Shown here piece after piece: positions 1 to 12,811 of a stretch of 64,000 nucleotides of DNA. The DNA comes from Haliotis cracherodii. Lineage: Eukaryota. The notes under the pieces are model-generated. The model did not search any database. It worked only from the letters and a program-made list of their open reading frames with translations, and was not told the DNA's origin. The translations under genes were made by a program, and so were the position numbers. Numbering within the stretch: the first letter of the stretch is position 1; each line of letters begins with the position of its first letter. Location: NCBI RefSeq assembly GCF_022045235.1, contig NW_027266297.1, forward strand, positions 25,358,001 through 25,422,000, in the 5' to 3' direction.

Positions 1-270
1 TATTTGTGTTTTGTTTGTTGTTCAACGCCGCGCTCAGCAATATTCCAGCTATATGACGGCGGTTTGTAAAAAAATCGAGTCTAGACCAGACAATCCAGTG
101 ACTGTCATCATGAGCATCGATCCACGCAATTGGGATATGATGACATGCTTCAACCAAGTAACGAGCCTGACCACCGGATCCCGTTAGTCGCCTCTTACAA
201 AAAGCGTAGTCGCCTCTTAAGGCAAGCATGGGTTACTGAAGACCTAGTCTATCCCGGATCTTCACGGGTC
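1..270 (-). mobile_element. SINE-like family A, full length
   Basis: Reverse complement starts GACCCGTGAAGATCC and ends in the shared 3' stem-loop plus a (CAAA)-type tail. Confidence 0.85.
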
Positions 271-437
271 TCTCTCTGGCAAGATGCGTGCTCCTGTTGA
301 CTCTGACCTTTCGTACTGATGAGTTTGTAGATTGTGTTTTGCTTCGCAGTATGAACGTTACATTACAGCATTACAAGATGGCGGGTCTTGGTTTGACAGA
401 CCAGGTCGATGGCGTGAGCAAAGACAGAAGAGGGTAC

Positions 438-845
438 GTTAACTAACTTTAAAAGTCCAGTTTTCACCCTTGCCGAACTAGGCTTGAATTCCTGGGCTCG
501 ATCGTCGCACCGCAAGTGCTTATCACGAGTCCCTTCTAAACCTCTCCCATGGACCAATCAGATTCCACCCCTCGTATCACTCGCATTTGATTCAAACTAA
601 ATGGTGGCCCCCAGTCAAGACGATCTGATCGATAATCAAGAAACATATTGTGTTTAAACGGGTCTTACATCGCAAAATGCATCAAATCACGTGAGCATCT
701 AGATTGAAATCATGAAAAGATTTGGAAAATATCTGTTAACAACAAGTTGGCAGTGCACATGCTTTGCAAATCCTGCAATCGATCAAATCAGCACGACAGT
801 TTACGAACCGGATTTCGATTTCGTTGTGCGATTTTGATGGGACTA
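438..845 (-). mobile_element. Truncated 9-bp-TSD MITE (same family as 19053 and 42794)
   Basis: GTTAACTAACTTTAAAAGTCCAGTTTTCACCCTTGCCGAACTAGG matches the inner TIR; the body is colinear with the reverse complement of 42794-43333. It is followed by a family-B SINE 3' fragment (859-961). Confidence 0.75.
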
Positions 846-1676
846 AAAGCGGAATTATAGTCCGGACTAGTACAATCAGCCACACATACGTGCATGCACG
901 GCCCTTGTATAAGTACAATAATCTTAAATTGAAGGTGACGTTAAACCACATTTCACCTCACTTCATCCTATCAGAGCGATAGAGAGATGTACTATTCAGA
1001 AAGAACCCAGTTTCAACCATATCCGTTCCAGCGACAAGATTTTAATGGCTGAAGAAAAGCCATTCAAATATTTTTGACATTTTTATCAAAACCTTAGTAA
1101 TAAAGGCTTTATAACAATGTAAATTCGTGTATTTAAAAAAATAATATTTGTAGTATTTTGAAAATTCCCCCCCCCCCCCCCCCCCACACTTATTGGACAT
1201 TTTGTAACGCCCTGAGAAGCTATAAATGAATGCAGACTGCATGTTCGCTGCATGAAGGTAACGTGTCATTGACACCTGAACGCAGTATGTAGCTGGGGGC
1301 TTGTTTGTATACAACACATCTCGTGCACCTACCGCAAACACACCTGCCTCTATTGATCACGTATGGGTGTCACCGACATGTTTGATTAGATCGACATCTG
1401 TTTGTCGTCCCGCCTTCGAATATGCTACATGTATTACAGTGTCTTATACCTGTGTGTGTATAGTAGGTTGATGCAGGGTAGTGAATGGGAACCAGGATAA
1501 TTACGTTATTTGTCTGAGAAGTATGAGGGGCCGACTGTGTTTGTGCAGGTCAGTTTGCTTTGTAATCCAAAATATGAAACAAAATTGTATTTTCTCAAAT
1601 TTGAAATGGCGAATGAGATGGAGCTGTTCCGTGACAGTTTTTCGGTGTGAACTGTATACGCCTGGGGCCTGGCCGC

Positions 1677-2047
1677 GGTCTTCAGCGACTCATGCTTGCC
1701 GTTAAAGGCGACTATTTTTGTCGTAAGAGGCGACTAACAGGATCGGGAGGTCAGGCTCGCTGACTTGGTTGATGCATGTCATCGTATCCCAATTGATCGG
1801 TGTTCCGAAGTCAATCACTGGACTGTCTGGTCGAAGAAGAAGGATTGGTCTTCAGCAACCCATGCTTGTCAAGGAGGTTCGGTTGTTGAGGCTGTTGTTG
1901 GTTGATCGTCGTCGTATCCCAGTTGCGTAGATCGATGCTCATGACGATGCTCATCACTGGATTGTCTGACCCAGTCAGTACAGTTAGCCGACATAGAGCT
2001 GGAATATTGCTGCGTGCGGCGTTAAACAACAAACGACCAACCAACCA
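1677..2047 (+). mobile_element. Two adjacent degenerate family-A SINE copies
   Basis: The GGTCTTCAGC..CATGCTTG module occurs at about 1677 and 1847; the second copy carries the 3' stem-loop and tail. Confidence 0.7.
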
Positions 2048-3881
2048 GCACGTGGCGCCTATTCACGAAGCTGTAACAGGGCTAAGATTGTCGTTAAGGT
2101 ATACTGAAAAAGATCATAGCTCAGTCTATTCTCGAAGCTGTCTTAGCGCTCTTAGGTTTATGACAAAACTTATGACTGGGTCGGACCGTTCTTGGGAACT
2201 TACAACAGGCAAGATGGCAAACAACAGACAGCATTGTGAAGACAAGGGTTCGGCAGTACGGGTCCACTGTATCATGCCTGGAAACAGTTTAAACCGAGTT
2301 TTTCTCCACTTGCACATTCAAAACACGAACAACAGATCACAGAAGACAAGCCACAAACATCGTGTATACCGATGAAGACTTCTGTGAAACAGCCAATAGC
2401 AATCATCCCATACAAAATGTTATGCGATCAATCTCCCTCCTCGTTTGTTTAATTTGGAACACAATTTGCATGATTTACACGCTGTCGCAATGACCGTGAC
2501 CTTTTCGTGTCAGCGTACCATGACGACGTGGATTGTTTTTCGCAATATCAATCAATGGCTTGTCTGGTCCAGACACTAGTATTTCAGACCGCCGTAATAA
2601 AGTTGAAATATTGCTGAGTGCGGCGTTAAACAAACAATTTATGATGGTCACGTAAGTAATCAGATACAGTATGTGAATTTCATACATGACACCAGTTATA
2701 ACGTCTAGGCTTAGATGAGAAGTAGGCATATTGTCCCATTCCACAAAGCGATCTAAGCGCTTACAATTAAACAATAATAAAAACATAAAAACCCTTTCCA
2801 TATTCAAAAGAAATATCTGCTGAAAGACGAGTTGATTGTTTGATTCCGACTATATCATGAGCAGGTCTTAATTAATTACTATCAACTAGTGATGCTGACA
2901 GGTGTTCGCGAAAAGATGAGCGTATGCTGCCCCAATGGTGGCACCGCCACAAACACATGCAAAGGCAAGTCAATGGTTGATATTATGAATCTTAATAATC
3001 GTGTCATAGCTCAATTCTGGTCACATCAAATAGATGTAACAGTGTTCATACAAATAAATAATGTCACTATTCCTTAAGTAGAATCATCCACCTTCGATCG
3101 AAGCTTATTTGTGCCCTTGAATATGAAATTTTCCGGAATTTGCCGAACATAACATTGTGCACACATTTGATCCTCATATTACAGCTGCACCTGTGTGGTC
3201 GACTGTTTACAATTTTTGCTCATACATCTCAAACGTGCTCTTAGTAGTTATTTCAATCTTCAAAAAGCATTAGCGAAAAACCGTCGCGAGCAGTTTCTTT
3301 ATGCATCTCTTACTAAAGACTCGATATATTACCACAGCAGTGATGGCACACTAATTATCGGTCACAATCTTCATCGCGCCACCAGTGTGCAGTGTGAGTC
3401 GAATCCTTTCTTCACGCATCTCAAACCCGCAGGCGTTAAATTCTGTCCATTGTCAGGCCCGGATCTGGAGTACAATACTGCTTCTTCACCACACTCACAT
3501 ACCAGCGTGACACGAAAACAGGAGTACATGTCACTTAAGTAAGACACAAGGATTGTCCTCGCTTGTGTTTAGCGGCTGTCAATGACAAAGAGTTATGGCC
3601 CTTTGCTGAGCAAACAGAGAGCTTTGAACGTCTATTCTCCATTCTGCTCTATGTTTTGCCAGATGATGACAGTTGTGTCATGGTTTGTATTATGTACATG
3701 TTTAAGTTACTTGGTCGCTCTGTGGATGCTTGTTGTAGTTACACGGATGTGGGATCATCGGATGGCCCGTAACTGACTTCGATTTTTAGTGACGTGAGCT
3801 GATGTCGTGGCGCATTGTCCGTACCTAACTTTTACGTTTTCGCGATCTCCAATATTTAAAGGTATATGGAGCTGCAAATTT

Positions 3882-3882
<1 letters not shown>

Positions 3883-3938
<56 letters not shown>
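3883..3938. repeat. (GT)n microsatellite
   Basis: Perfect dinucleotide run. Confidence 0.97.
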
Positions 3939-3941
<3 letters not shown>

Positions 3942-4679
3942 ATAAATTACCACCAAAGACAATAAATAGATCTTAATGAAGGTTTCTCAGCTGTAGTGAC
4001 GCTGCAATAATTAATGCTCCAGTATTCCGATCCGACTTTAAACATTAAAAACACATCATTGAACACACTCGGACATATTCCTTTCAGTAGATATTCACAG
4101 ATATGTGGCTGCCATGGAAACCAAACTCATGTTTGGTACTCAACTTTGATGCCATAGACATGCCTTTTCTTTATTGCACCAATATAGCTAACTCACCATT
4201 GATCGTTGTCACGATAACAAGGCTGAAGCGTAAAACAACGTGACGTTAGCTAAAGGCAGTGTGGTTCTATTTAGCACTAACTTTACAGGCTGCATGCATA
4301 TGTCTGAACTATTGTCGTAAACGCCGTAAGCGCGAGGGATGGCATACCGCCAAATGTCAAATGAAATTCAATGCTATCATAGAATTTGCGTGGATTTTAA
4401 CATTAATCATCTTTACTACTCCAAATTCGTGGAATTTCCACCAGGTTGTGATGGGGAAATTGGCAATATGGTAAAATTTTACTGTTTATTGAATTAGTCT
4501 TTGTAATATATTCTCGTACGAGTTCTGTGTTGTCCCTGCGTGAGAACCGCACCGATGTGGAGTCGGCTGGAGTTGGTCTGGTCGTCTTTCCACGGGGGAC
4601 AGTCGGATTGAACATCAGGCTTGTGTCTCTGTCGGTCGTCATTTATTTGGTGACAGAGAAGAGTATTGTCTCTACATGC

Positions 4680-4812
4680 NNNNNNNNNNNNNNNNNNNNN
4701 NNNNNNNNNNNNNNNNNNNNNNNNNNNNNNNNNNNNNNNNNNNNNNNNNNNNNNNNNNNNNNNNNNNNNNNNNNNNNNNNNNNNNNNNNNNNNNNNNNNN
4801 NNNNNNNNNNNN
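4680..4812. other. Assembly gap (133 N)
   Basis: Run of N, abutting a family-A SINE tail at 4813. Confidence 0.99.
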
Positions 4813-5237
4813 TTGTTTGTTGTTACACTCGGCCATATTCCAGCTATATGACAGCTGTCTGTACCTCATCTAGTCTGGACCAGACAATCCAGTGATTGAC
4901 ATCATGAGCATCGATCTACGCAGTTGGGATCCGAGGTGGGGGGTTGGTGGGTGGGGGGGTTGGTGAAGATGTTTGTAGGGGACGGAGGGGGGTTTAAAAT
5001 ACTCGTTTAACACACACATACTCGTCTCGGGAAGCACCTGCCAGCAACTTGATGCTCTATGCAGTATAAATGCTACATCTAAAGAAGGTACTCCGCCATG
5101 TGAATAGAACAGGCGGAATGACTTCATTTATTGTGGAATGGTGTCTATCGCAAATATGTTGGTACAGATTGTCGCTGATACCGCCACCTTAATTATGTGC
5201 GATCCTTCTCGGTAAAAACTCGCATTGACTTAAGTGT

Positions 5238-5510
5238 TAATATTTGTGTTTTGTTTGTTGTTTAACGCCGCGCTCAGCAATATTCCAGCTATATGACGGC
5301 GGTCTGTAAAAAAATCGAGTCTAGACCAGACAATCCAGTGACTGTCATCATGAGCATCGATCCACGCAATTGGGATACGATGACATGCATCCATTAAGTC
5401 AGAGAGCCTGACCAACTGATCCTGTTAGTCGCCTCTTACGACAAGCATAGTCGCCTTTTACGGCCAGCATGGGTTGCTGAAGACCTATTCTACTCCGGAT
5501 CTTCACAGGT
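5238..5510 (-). mobile_element. SINE-like family A, full length with TSD
   Basis: TSD CTTAAGTGT at 5229-5237 and 5511-5519. Confidence 0.88.
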
Positions 5511-6603
5511 CTTAAGTGTACATTTTGCAGACAAATAAATATTTGGTGGCGGGGCGGTAGCCCTGTGTGCAGTGTGTTCTCCTTTCTTCAACCTGTCGTA
5601 TTCGACTCTCAATATAGGACGAAGTGTGGACTGCAAAATAAGACAGGGTTGTATTCCATGCCTCTCACTGTCAGCACGTATTTAACACCATACTCAACAC
5701 TATTCCAGTAGTATGACGGCGTTCTGAAATAACCTGGACCAGACAAGCCAGTGACTGATATCAAGAACACACCATGACATGCAATCAACCAAACCACCGA
5801 TCCCGACCACCCTACCCACTTAGTCACCTCTTGCAACAAGCAAAGGATGCTGGGGACTTATATTCTTACCCAGAATTCCCCGGGTCCTCTCGCCCTTAAG
5901 CGACCAGACAATAGATTAGGTCAACAGTAACTTGACCCTGAAACGAATGAACAAAATAGGATCGGGTGGCTACTGTGTGTGATCTGGCTGATTGAATCAT
6001 CGTACCCGGGCTTTGTAGGTCGTTGTTTGCGATGTTCATAGTTTCATTTTTAACACAAACTCGATTATAAAGAAGTCCGTGACATTCACTGACACACTCA
6101 CTCATCACACACAATACCACAGTGGAGGGTTGGCGGTTGGAGTTACGCTTCATACACACGTAACAATGGCAACATGGTCTAAAACATAGCTTTTTATAAT
6201 TTTTTCGACATACTTTTCTCATGTGTATGCATGATAACCATTCTGACTATAGGTACATCAAAATGCATATTCAAGAAAACAGTTTTCCTTATGTTAAATA
6301 TTCGTGTCTGTTTTAGCAAACTTAACCGATCACTTTGTAATAGGATAGAAGCTGTGTGTTTTAGTTTTTTTAGAATATTTCTTCGCCGCTTTTAGCAACA
6401 TCACGGCGGGGGAACCACACATTGGCTTCAAACTCTGCACCCAACACCCACACGCTGCACCAACCTCCTTCGGCGTCACGAGCGAAAGCACCCGTGAAGA
6501 TCCGGTGTATAATTGGTAATTTTGAAAGACGTTATTGGGCCTTTATCCTAATATATTCAGGACCGTAAATTTGATCCGGTATTTAGAGAGACCATGACTA
6601 ATC

Positions 6604-6864
6604 GACCCGTGAAGATCCGGGATAGAATAGGTCTTCAGCAACCCACGCTTGTCGTAAGATGCGACTATGCTTGTTGTAAGAGGCAATTGGGTGGTCAGGC
6701 TCGCTGACTTGGTTGATGCATGTCATCGTATCCCAATTGCGTAGATCGATGCTCATCATTGTCAATCACTGGATTGTCTGTTTCAGATTCGATTATTTAC
6801 AGACCGCCGTCATATAGCTGGAATATTGCTGAGTGCGACGTTACACAACAAACAAACTAACTAA
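6604..6864 (+). mobile_element. SINE-like family A nested in an older family-C SINE
   Basis: Runs from GACCCGTGAAG to the CAAACAAAC tail; family-C halves at about 6372-6489 and 6863-6890. Confidence 0.8.
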
Positions 6865-8841
6865 CGCTTTAACGAGGCTACCCAGCGCCCAGAAGCCAAC
6901 ACCAGCCAGTTCAGCCAGTTTCAGCCAGTTCACGGAACACTAGGTTCCTGCAAGACTTGTAACATCCTTTGAAATGAATCTCACACTTCAGCCCGAACAC
7001 GTCTCCCGAACTAACCCCGGGGGACAGGAATAGAACTCCACCTATACCCAGAGGTGGCTGACACGGAGTTAACGACGTCCCACCTGTTGATCTACAAGAG
7101 CCAGACAAAGGTCGACAGCACAACCCCCGGCACATTCTGTTGAGGTAGCGTCTGTGTACTACCGGTTTCTGGCATCGTCTTCCACAACATCAAATGTCAG
7201 CTTCGTGATATGGGGATGCCATTCAAATTCTCGGTTCCCATTTTAAATTTACTCTGAGGAATGAGTAATTTGATGAAGGAATATAAACTGCGGACTATAG
7301 AGCAAATGGGCGCGGATTAATGATGTTTTCACAAGAAACTGTTTCCTCTTACCAGGTGAATGTTTGCACTTTAAATGTTAATGTTGCTTGCATGTCTCTG
7401 CCAATTACTATAAACCCATTGAGACCTTTTTTATTAGTTGGTTCACGGACCCCCACCCCCACCCCCCATAAAAGGAAAGAAAACAAAACAGGTGGTGGAG
7501 GGGTGGGGTGACTAAATATACATTTATTCTCTCTGGTCAGCATATTACTTTTAATTGCATCATTTAAAAATATATAGGGGCGTGAGAAACGCCTGGTTTG
7601 AAAGCAAAGTCTCATCGTTGCAAGATTCAAGAACAAAATATTATGTTACACTTTTCTTTCTTTAAGGCGATGACGAAGTATTTAAAAACATTATTTTTAT
7701 TTTTATTTGTATCCATGTTGTCAGTGATTTTGGCCGGCAGATATGTAGAAAAGAAAGCCTGATCTGTATTGCACGGACAGCTTAAACACAATTCTGTGTC
7801 AGATGGTTTTTAGTTTTGATGCGTGACTACTCAACAAGTGCATTCATATAGTCGAACCTCGTAATCTCGAATCTAACTTCGAGATGTCCGGACATTCGAG
7901 ATTACGAGCTATAGATGTCCAGACAGGTTAAGTAACAGTATTTTAGATCCATAGCAATACGATTGCATAAACGATAAATGTCCACATGAACTATACCTCT
8001 TATAAGGCGGAGTATATATTATCGACTGAAGCAAGTGTACTTAAAATGATGACGTCGGACTATCGATAGCTGTCTGGTGTGACAAGTACTTATTCTTTTT
8101 GAACATACGTGCATTTTGACTGCATTTATATCAACATTGCTGTGATGTAGACGAAATATTTAGGACTAAACGGCGATGAGGGTAGCCTAGTGGATAATTA
8201 AGCCGTCGGCTTATCTTGCCGGAGACACTGGTTTAATTCCCCATGTGACGGCCAATTGTTGGTGTTGCACGAAGTGCTATGATCGGATTATTGCTGAAAG
8301 CAGCGAAATACCCAACACACCAATACCACAACGTGGAACTCAACCAAAGATCACGAGTATGTATGCTGAACAAAAGAAGGGATCACGAAATTGTTTCATA
8401 TACCGTATACATTTATAAGAACACTGTCTTCACTGCTATAAAAGTATTCCTCTAGATATTCATGATCCCCAACCATATCTGATCAGTATACTTGTACTGA
8501 ATTTGTTACAATAATTTGTCTCAGTGGAACTCATTTTCGTCTCAATGCATGAATATTTTCCCGATTCACCAAAACAAAATGTCAAGATAACCTCACTCTA
8601 GGATTACAACATCGAGAGCCGTGATGAATCTAAAGTTCATAGATGATATTGCGAACATCCAGTGCAGGGGCACCTGCATAAGCGTTTGTTGGTGGTTTCA
8701 GCATGTGAGATGACGTGAGTAGGTCATTTTTGACAGCATGCTGTTTTGTGTATCGGTTTCACACACGCGTTATGCAGACCTCGAGGGAATCGCTGTCCAG
8801 AGAGAGAAGGCACGTACTCCAAGCTTCTCGAAGACTCAAGT

Positions 8842-9014
8842 GAGTGAGTGAGTGAGTGAGTTTGGTTTTAGGCCGCTTTTAGCAATATTCCAGCAATATC
8901 ACGGCGGGGGACACCAGAAATGGGCTTCACACATTGTACCCATGTCGGGAATCGAACCCTGATGTTCGGCGTGACGAGCGAACGCTTTAACCACTAGGCT
9001 ACCCGACCGCCCCT
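8842..9014 (-). mobile_element. Family C short tRNA(Asp-like)-derived SINE
   Basis: A box TAGCCTAGTGG, GTC anticodon-like loop, B box GGTTCGATTCC, shared stem-loop, (ACTC)n tail; TSD AGACTCAAGT. Confidence 0.88.
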
Positions 9015-9577
9015 TTCAGACTCAAGTTGGATGGAATGCTACATACAACTGCTGTACAGAATGAATGGAGCTTTGGGGGGACTATTTCAGAATATGAGCT
9101 TGTGGATGTAGTGTCATCGTAGCCCGATTTTGTGATTGGATAAGTGTTCAAGCTATCAGTCACTGGTTTGTCGAATTCAGATATTGATCGTTGTAGTTTT
9201 CGTTGATATCGAAATCACATCATTGATTGGACAGATATCAGGAACCTGTTTCTCGGGCTTCATGTAGGCCAGGGGCGAGGGTAGCCAAGTAGCAAAGCGT
9301 TCACTCGTCACGCCGAAGGCCCGGGTTCGATTCCCCAAATGGGTATAATGTGTGAAGTTCATTTCTGGGTGAGGATGTCACAAGCTGTGATGGAAAGGAT
9401 GGACGGACTTCAGTGAGGACGTGGAGGTTGCAGACGGATTACCACCTGTATTTGGACTGCCACTTTGAACTCACTCACTCATATAGGCCATCGTGTAAAA
9501 CGTGTGGAAAACCCAGCCAAACATGATCCATCCTGACCCTTACCTGCCCATTGCAAGGTCCATTTGTCGTTGGTTCC

Positions 9578-9935
9578 GACAGCCTCCGTGGTCTAGTGGT
9601 AGAGCGTCCGTCCGGAGAGCGGAAGGTCCGGGGTTCGATACCCGGCCGCGTCATACCAAAAGACGTTAAAAGATGGTACTTGTTGTTACCCTGTCTGGCG
9701 CTCAGCATTAAGGGGCTAAAACAAGGACTGGTCGGCTCGGAGTCAGTATACTGTGTCTGAGTGGGGTATTCATGTTAAACTGCGGCATGGTATCTCAGTG
9801 AGCTAGCACTATATATCGGCATCAGTCCGGATTAGTACAAGCAGCCACAAAAACACAAACACGTACATGCACGTCGCTATATAAGTGCAATAATCTTGGA
9901 CGCGACGTTAAACCCCATTTCACCTCACCTCACCT
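9578..9935 (+). mobile_element. Family B tRNA-derived SINE with Meta(MESC)-like core
   Basis: Cloverleaf-like head with A and B boxes, then GTCATACCAAAAGACGTTAAAAGATGGTACTTGTTGTTACCCTGTCTGGCGCTCAGCATTAAGGG, which resembles the MetaSINE core as I recall it. (CACCT)n tail; an extra 3' fragment follows at 9955-10101. Confidence 0.82.
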
Positions 9936-10569
9936 TTCACAAGTTTAACGCTGAATGGGACAGCTAGCTATAAATCGGCATCAGTCCGGACTGGTACAAG
10001 CAGCCACACACATACATACACGTACACGTACACGTACACGTCGCTATATAAGTGCAATAATCTTGGACGCGACGTTAAACCCCATTTCATCTCACCTCAC
10101 CACATGTCTGACCTTCTTTGTTCTGCAGTTCTTCGTGTGAGTGATGACATTGCTGTACACGATTTGTAAATTGACATTTTGGAATGTTCATGTTATTTTT
10201 TGCATGCATTGTTTTCATGCATTTTCTGAGGTCAGTGTGGCAAATTAAACCATTTGAACACTTGCAGGAGTCATTTATCTTTTGCAAACCGAAATTGTAT
10301 CAGATTTGGCAAAAAACATAACTTTGCATAAAATCTTAATATTCAATGTCACAGGAACTTTTGTTGTTCAGTATATTTCAGTGATATATTTTATTTCGGT
10401 AATGAGGCCCGCGGAGGATTGATAAGAAATACATGTATAATTTGAATACTTCCGAAACAAAAGTTAGGTAAGGATCCGAGGTATTCTTCACAGTAGAATG
10501 GCGATACGTGTATGATACACTGGCTAATCGATGCTGTCAATGCCCAGATGATCTGGCCGCCATGTTGGA

Positions 10570-10854
10570 GTGAGTGAGTGAGTGAGTTGGGTTTAACGCC
10601 GCTTTTAACAGTATTCCAGTCATATCACGGCGTGTCAGCTTAATGTGGGAGGAAAGCCCGAAGTGATGCAGGTCTCAGACGTTTACCACTTCAGTGAAAC
10701 CCACGAGCACGGGTATGGTGCTGACAAACCTAGAAACATAATCGGGGCGAACCGGGATTCGAACCCACAATCATAGGTTTCTGGCGTGCCCAAGGGACGC
10801 AATTCTGCACAGCGAATCGCGGCGCCTTAGACGACTGGGCCACCCGTGCCCCCC
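10570..10854 (-). mobile_element. Family D tRNA(Leu-like) SINE with V-domain-like core (RUDI/V-SINE-like)
   Basis: Head GGTGGCCCAGTCGTCTAAGGCGC ... GTGGGTTCGAATCCC; core CGTGGGTTTC ... TTTCCTCCCACA; TSD GCCGCCATGTTGGA at 10556-10569 and 10855-10868. Confidence 0.85.
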
Positions 10855-11049
10855 GCCGCCATGTTGGAACACCTCATGTCAATGTTTCAGTTCCCACAGC
10901 CTTTACTGTTCCCAATGTTCCCAATAGCTGGTGGATAAATTCTTACACGTACTTGTTAGGTGACATGGAACAGTCTCCGCGCACATGCCATTGTCTTAGA
11001 GAGGGAAGTTTATTGTTTCAACCGTATCCAACATTGGTCGGTCCAGCGG

Positions 11050-11510
11050 ATCAGTCGGTGCGCCGGGCTATCAGTTTTACAACATGGGGGTATGAGAGTC
11101 ACGACGTGTGATAGGGAGGGTGGGGGAGGGGGGATGTCACATCGTGGTATGGGTGGATTGAGAGACTTCAGTCGTCGCCCGGGACTGACATTGTTACATG
11201 ATGGGGGTGGAAACGTCACAACGTGGGATGGGTGGATTGAGTGAGTGAGTGACTATGATTTTACGCCGCTTTTAGCAATATTCCAGAAATGGGCTTCACA
11301 CATTTTACCCATGTCGGGAATCGAACCCGGGTCTTCGGCATGACGAGCGAACGCTTTAACCACTAGGCTACCCGACCGCCCCGGGTGGATTGAGAGACGT
11401 CAGTCGTCGCCCGGGGCTGACATTGTTACATGATGGGGGTGGAAACGTCACAACGTGGGATGGGTAGATGGGGAGACGTCAGTCGGTGCCCCGGGCTAAC
11501 ACTGTTACAT
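11050..11510. repeat. About 79-bp degenerate tandem repeat interrupted by a family-C SINE (11242-11382, - strand)
   Basis: GGGTGGATTGAG at 11151, 11230 and 11383; the SINE is flanked by this 12-bp TSD. Confidence 0.8.
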
Positions 11511-12271
11511 GGAAAGGATGGGACTTGAGTCAGGAGTTGCGCTGCAATGTCGCCAGTACTCGGTCTGCTACTTTGAACGGGGTCATCACCGGCTAGATGT
11601 CATATTGATTAACCTTTCTTGGAACGTCCCCTGGAATCATGATGTGGGGGGAGGGCGTTAAATACCAACCCTAGTTGTCTCTTTTTAGATAAAAGTACCA
11701 TAAACTGACGATGTCAATGATTACATAAGTAATATGAACTGCCGGGCAAACGAAAGTATACATTTGAAAATTGGAATTTACCAAATAATTACAAACGTTA
11801 TCAAAACGTTACTAGGCTGACCACAGCCGCCGAAACACCTCAAACCAAAACAACTATGATACCCGTATAAACTACGTCACCATCGTATAACCATTTCTTG
11901 TCATCAAACATGGGTATATACTTTCTTTAGCACGGCAGTTTATTATGGCAGTTTATCATTTTCATTAAGTGCATTTCTTTTACCTTATACCTATAGCTAG
12001 CCTCAATGAAGAGTTACTATGGTTCTACATATAGACATTTACAAGCCACTTGCTATGTAAGTCGCTCAATATAGTCATATGATTGTGATTCGAATAAGAA
12101 CAGATAAATTTATTATTCTATATTTTGAGATTAGGAAAACGCGGTTCATATGTAACAGACAGTATAAATTGAAATAAAAAGTAATAACATCAGATAGTTT
12201 AGGTGATAATCGATCAGTAGAATTTGGATTTTTCGATTTTGAAGGAATGTCTGACGATGAAAGATAGGCGT

Positions 12272-12456
12272 AGTGAGTGAGTGAGTGAGTTGGGTTTAAC
12301 GCCGCTTTTAACAGTATTCCAGTTATATCACGGCGTGTCAGCTTAATGTGGGAGGAAAGCCGGAAGTCATGCAGGTCTCAGACATTTACCACTTCGGTGA
12401 AACCCACGTGCACGGGTATGGTGCTGACGAACCTAGAAACATAATCAGGGCGAACC
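12272..12456 (-). mobile_element. Family D SINE, 5'-truncated
   Basis: Near-identical to the 3' part of 10570-10854. Confidence 0.85.
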
Positions 12457-12811
12457 AAAAGGAATAGGTGGGTGACGCAACGATATGTGAATCGGGTGAA
12501 TTTAACAGTTGTTAATTCTCAGTAGTAAATATAATGTTGAATGTATTATGTTTACTGAGAACCAACTTGCAAGCTGATTCCTCAATGAGAAAGCAGCCGT
12601 GTCCTTGGCAACAACGTGTTCCCAGAGACTTAGTGACATTGACCAGCATTCAGAGATAATTATATCCTTTTATATCAGCACTCGTCACTGTGAGGGTCTG
12701 TCCTCCGTCACACTAAATACTGGGCACGGGTGGCCCGGTGGTCTAAAGCGGCTATGTTTTCCTCTGGCTATGGGTTTGAATCCCCAAGTCGTCCGATTAT
12801 GACCCTTGGTT

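Noticed and set aside
4403-4679. GC-richer segment next to the gap as an exon (also about 6960-7190 and 50968-51315)
   Set aside because: No recognisable protein motif or consistent splice-site pair; cannot be excluded without RNA data.
9578-9652. tRNA-like cloverleafs at the heads of families B, C and D as tRNA genes
   Set aside because: Each is fused to a repeated body and tail, flanked by TSDs, variable between copies and lacks a poly-T terminator; they are SINE heads.
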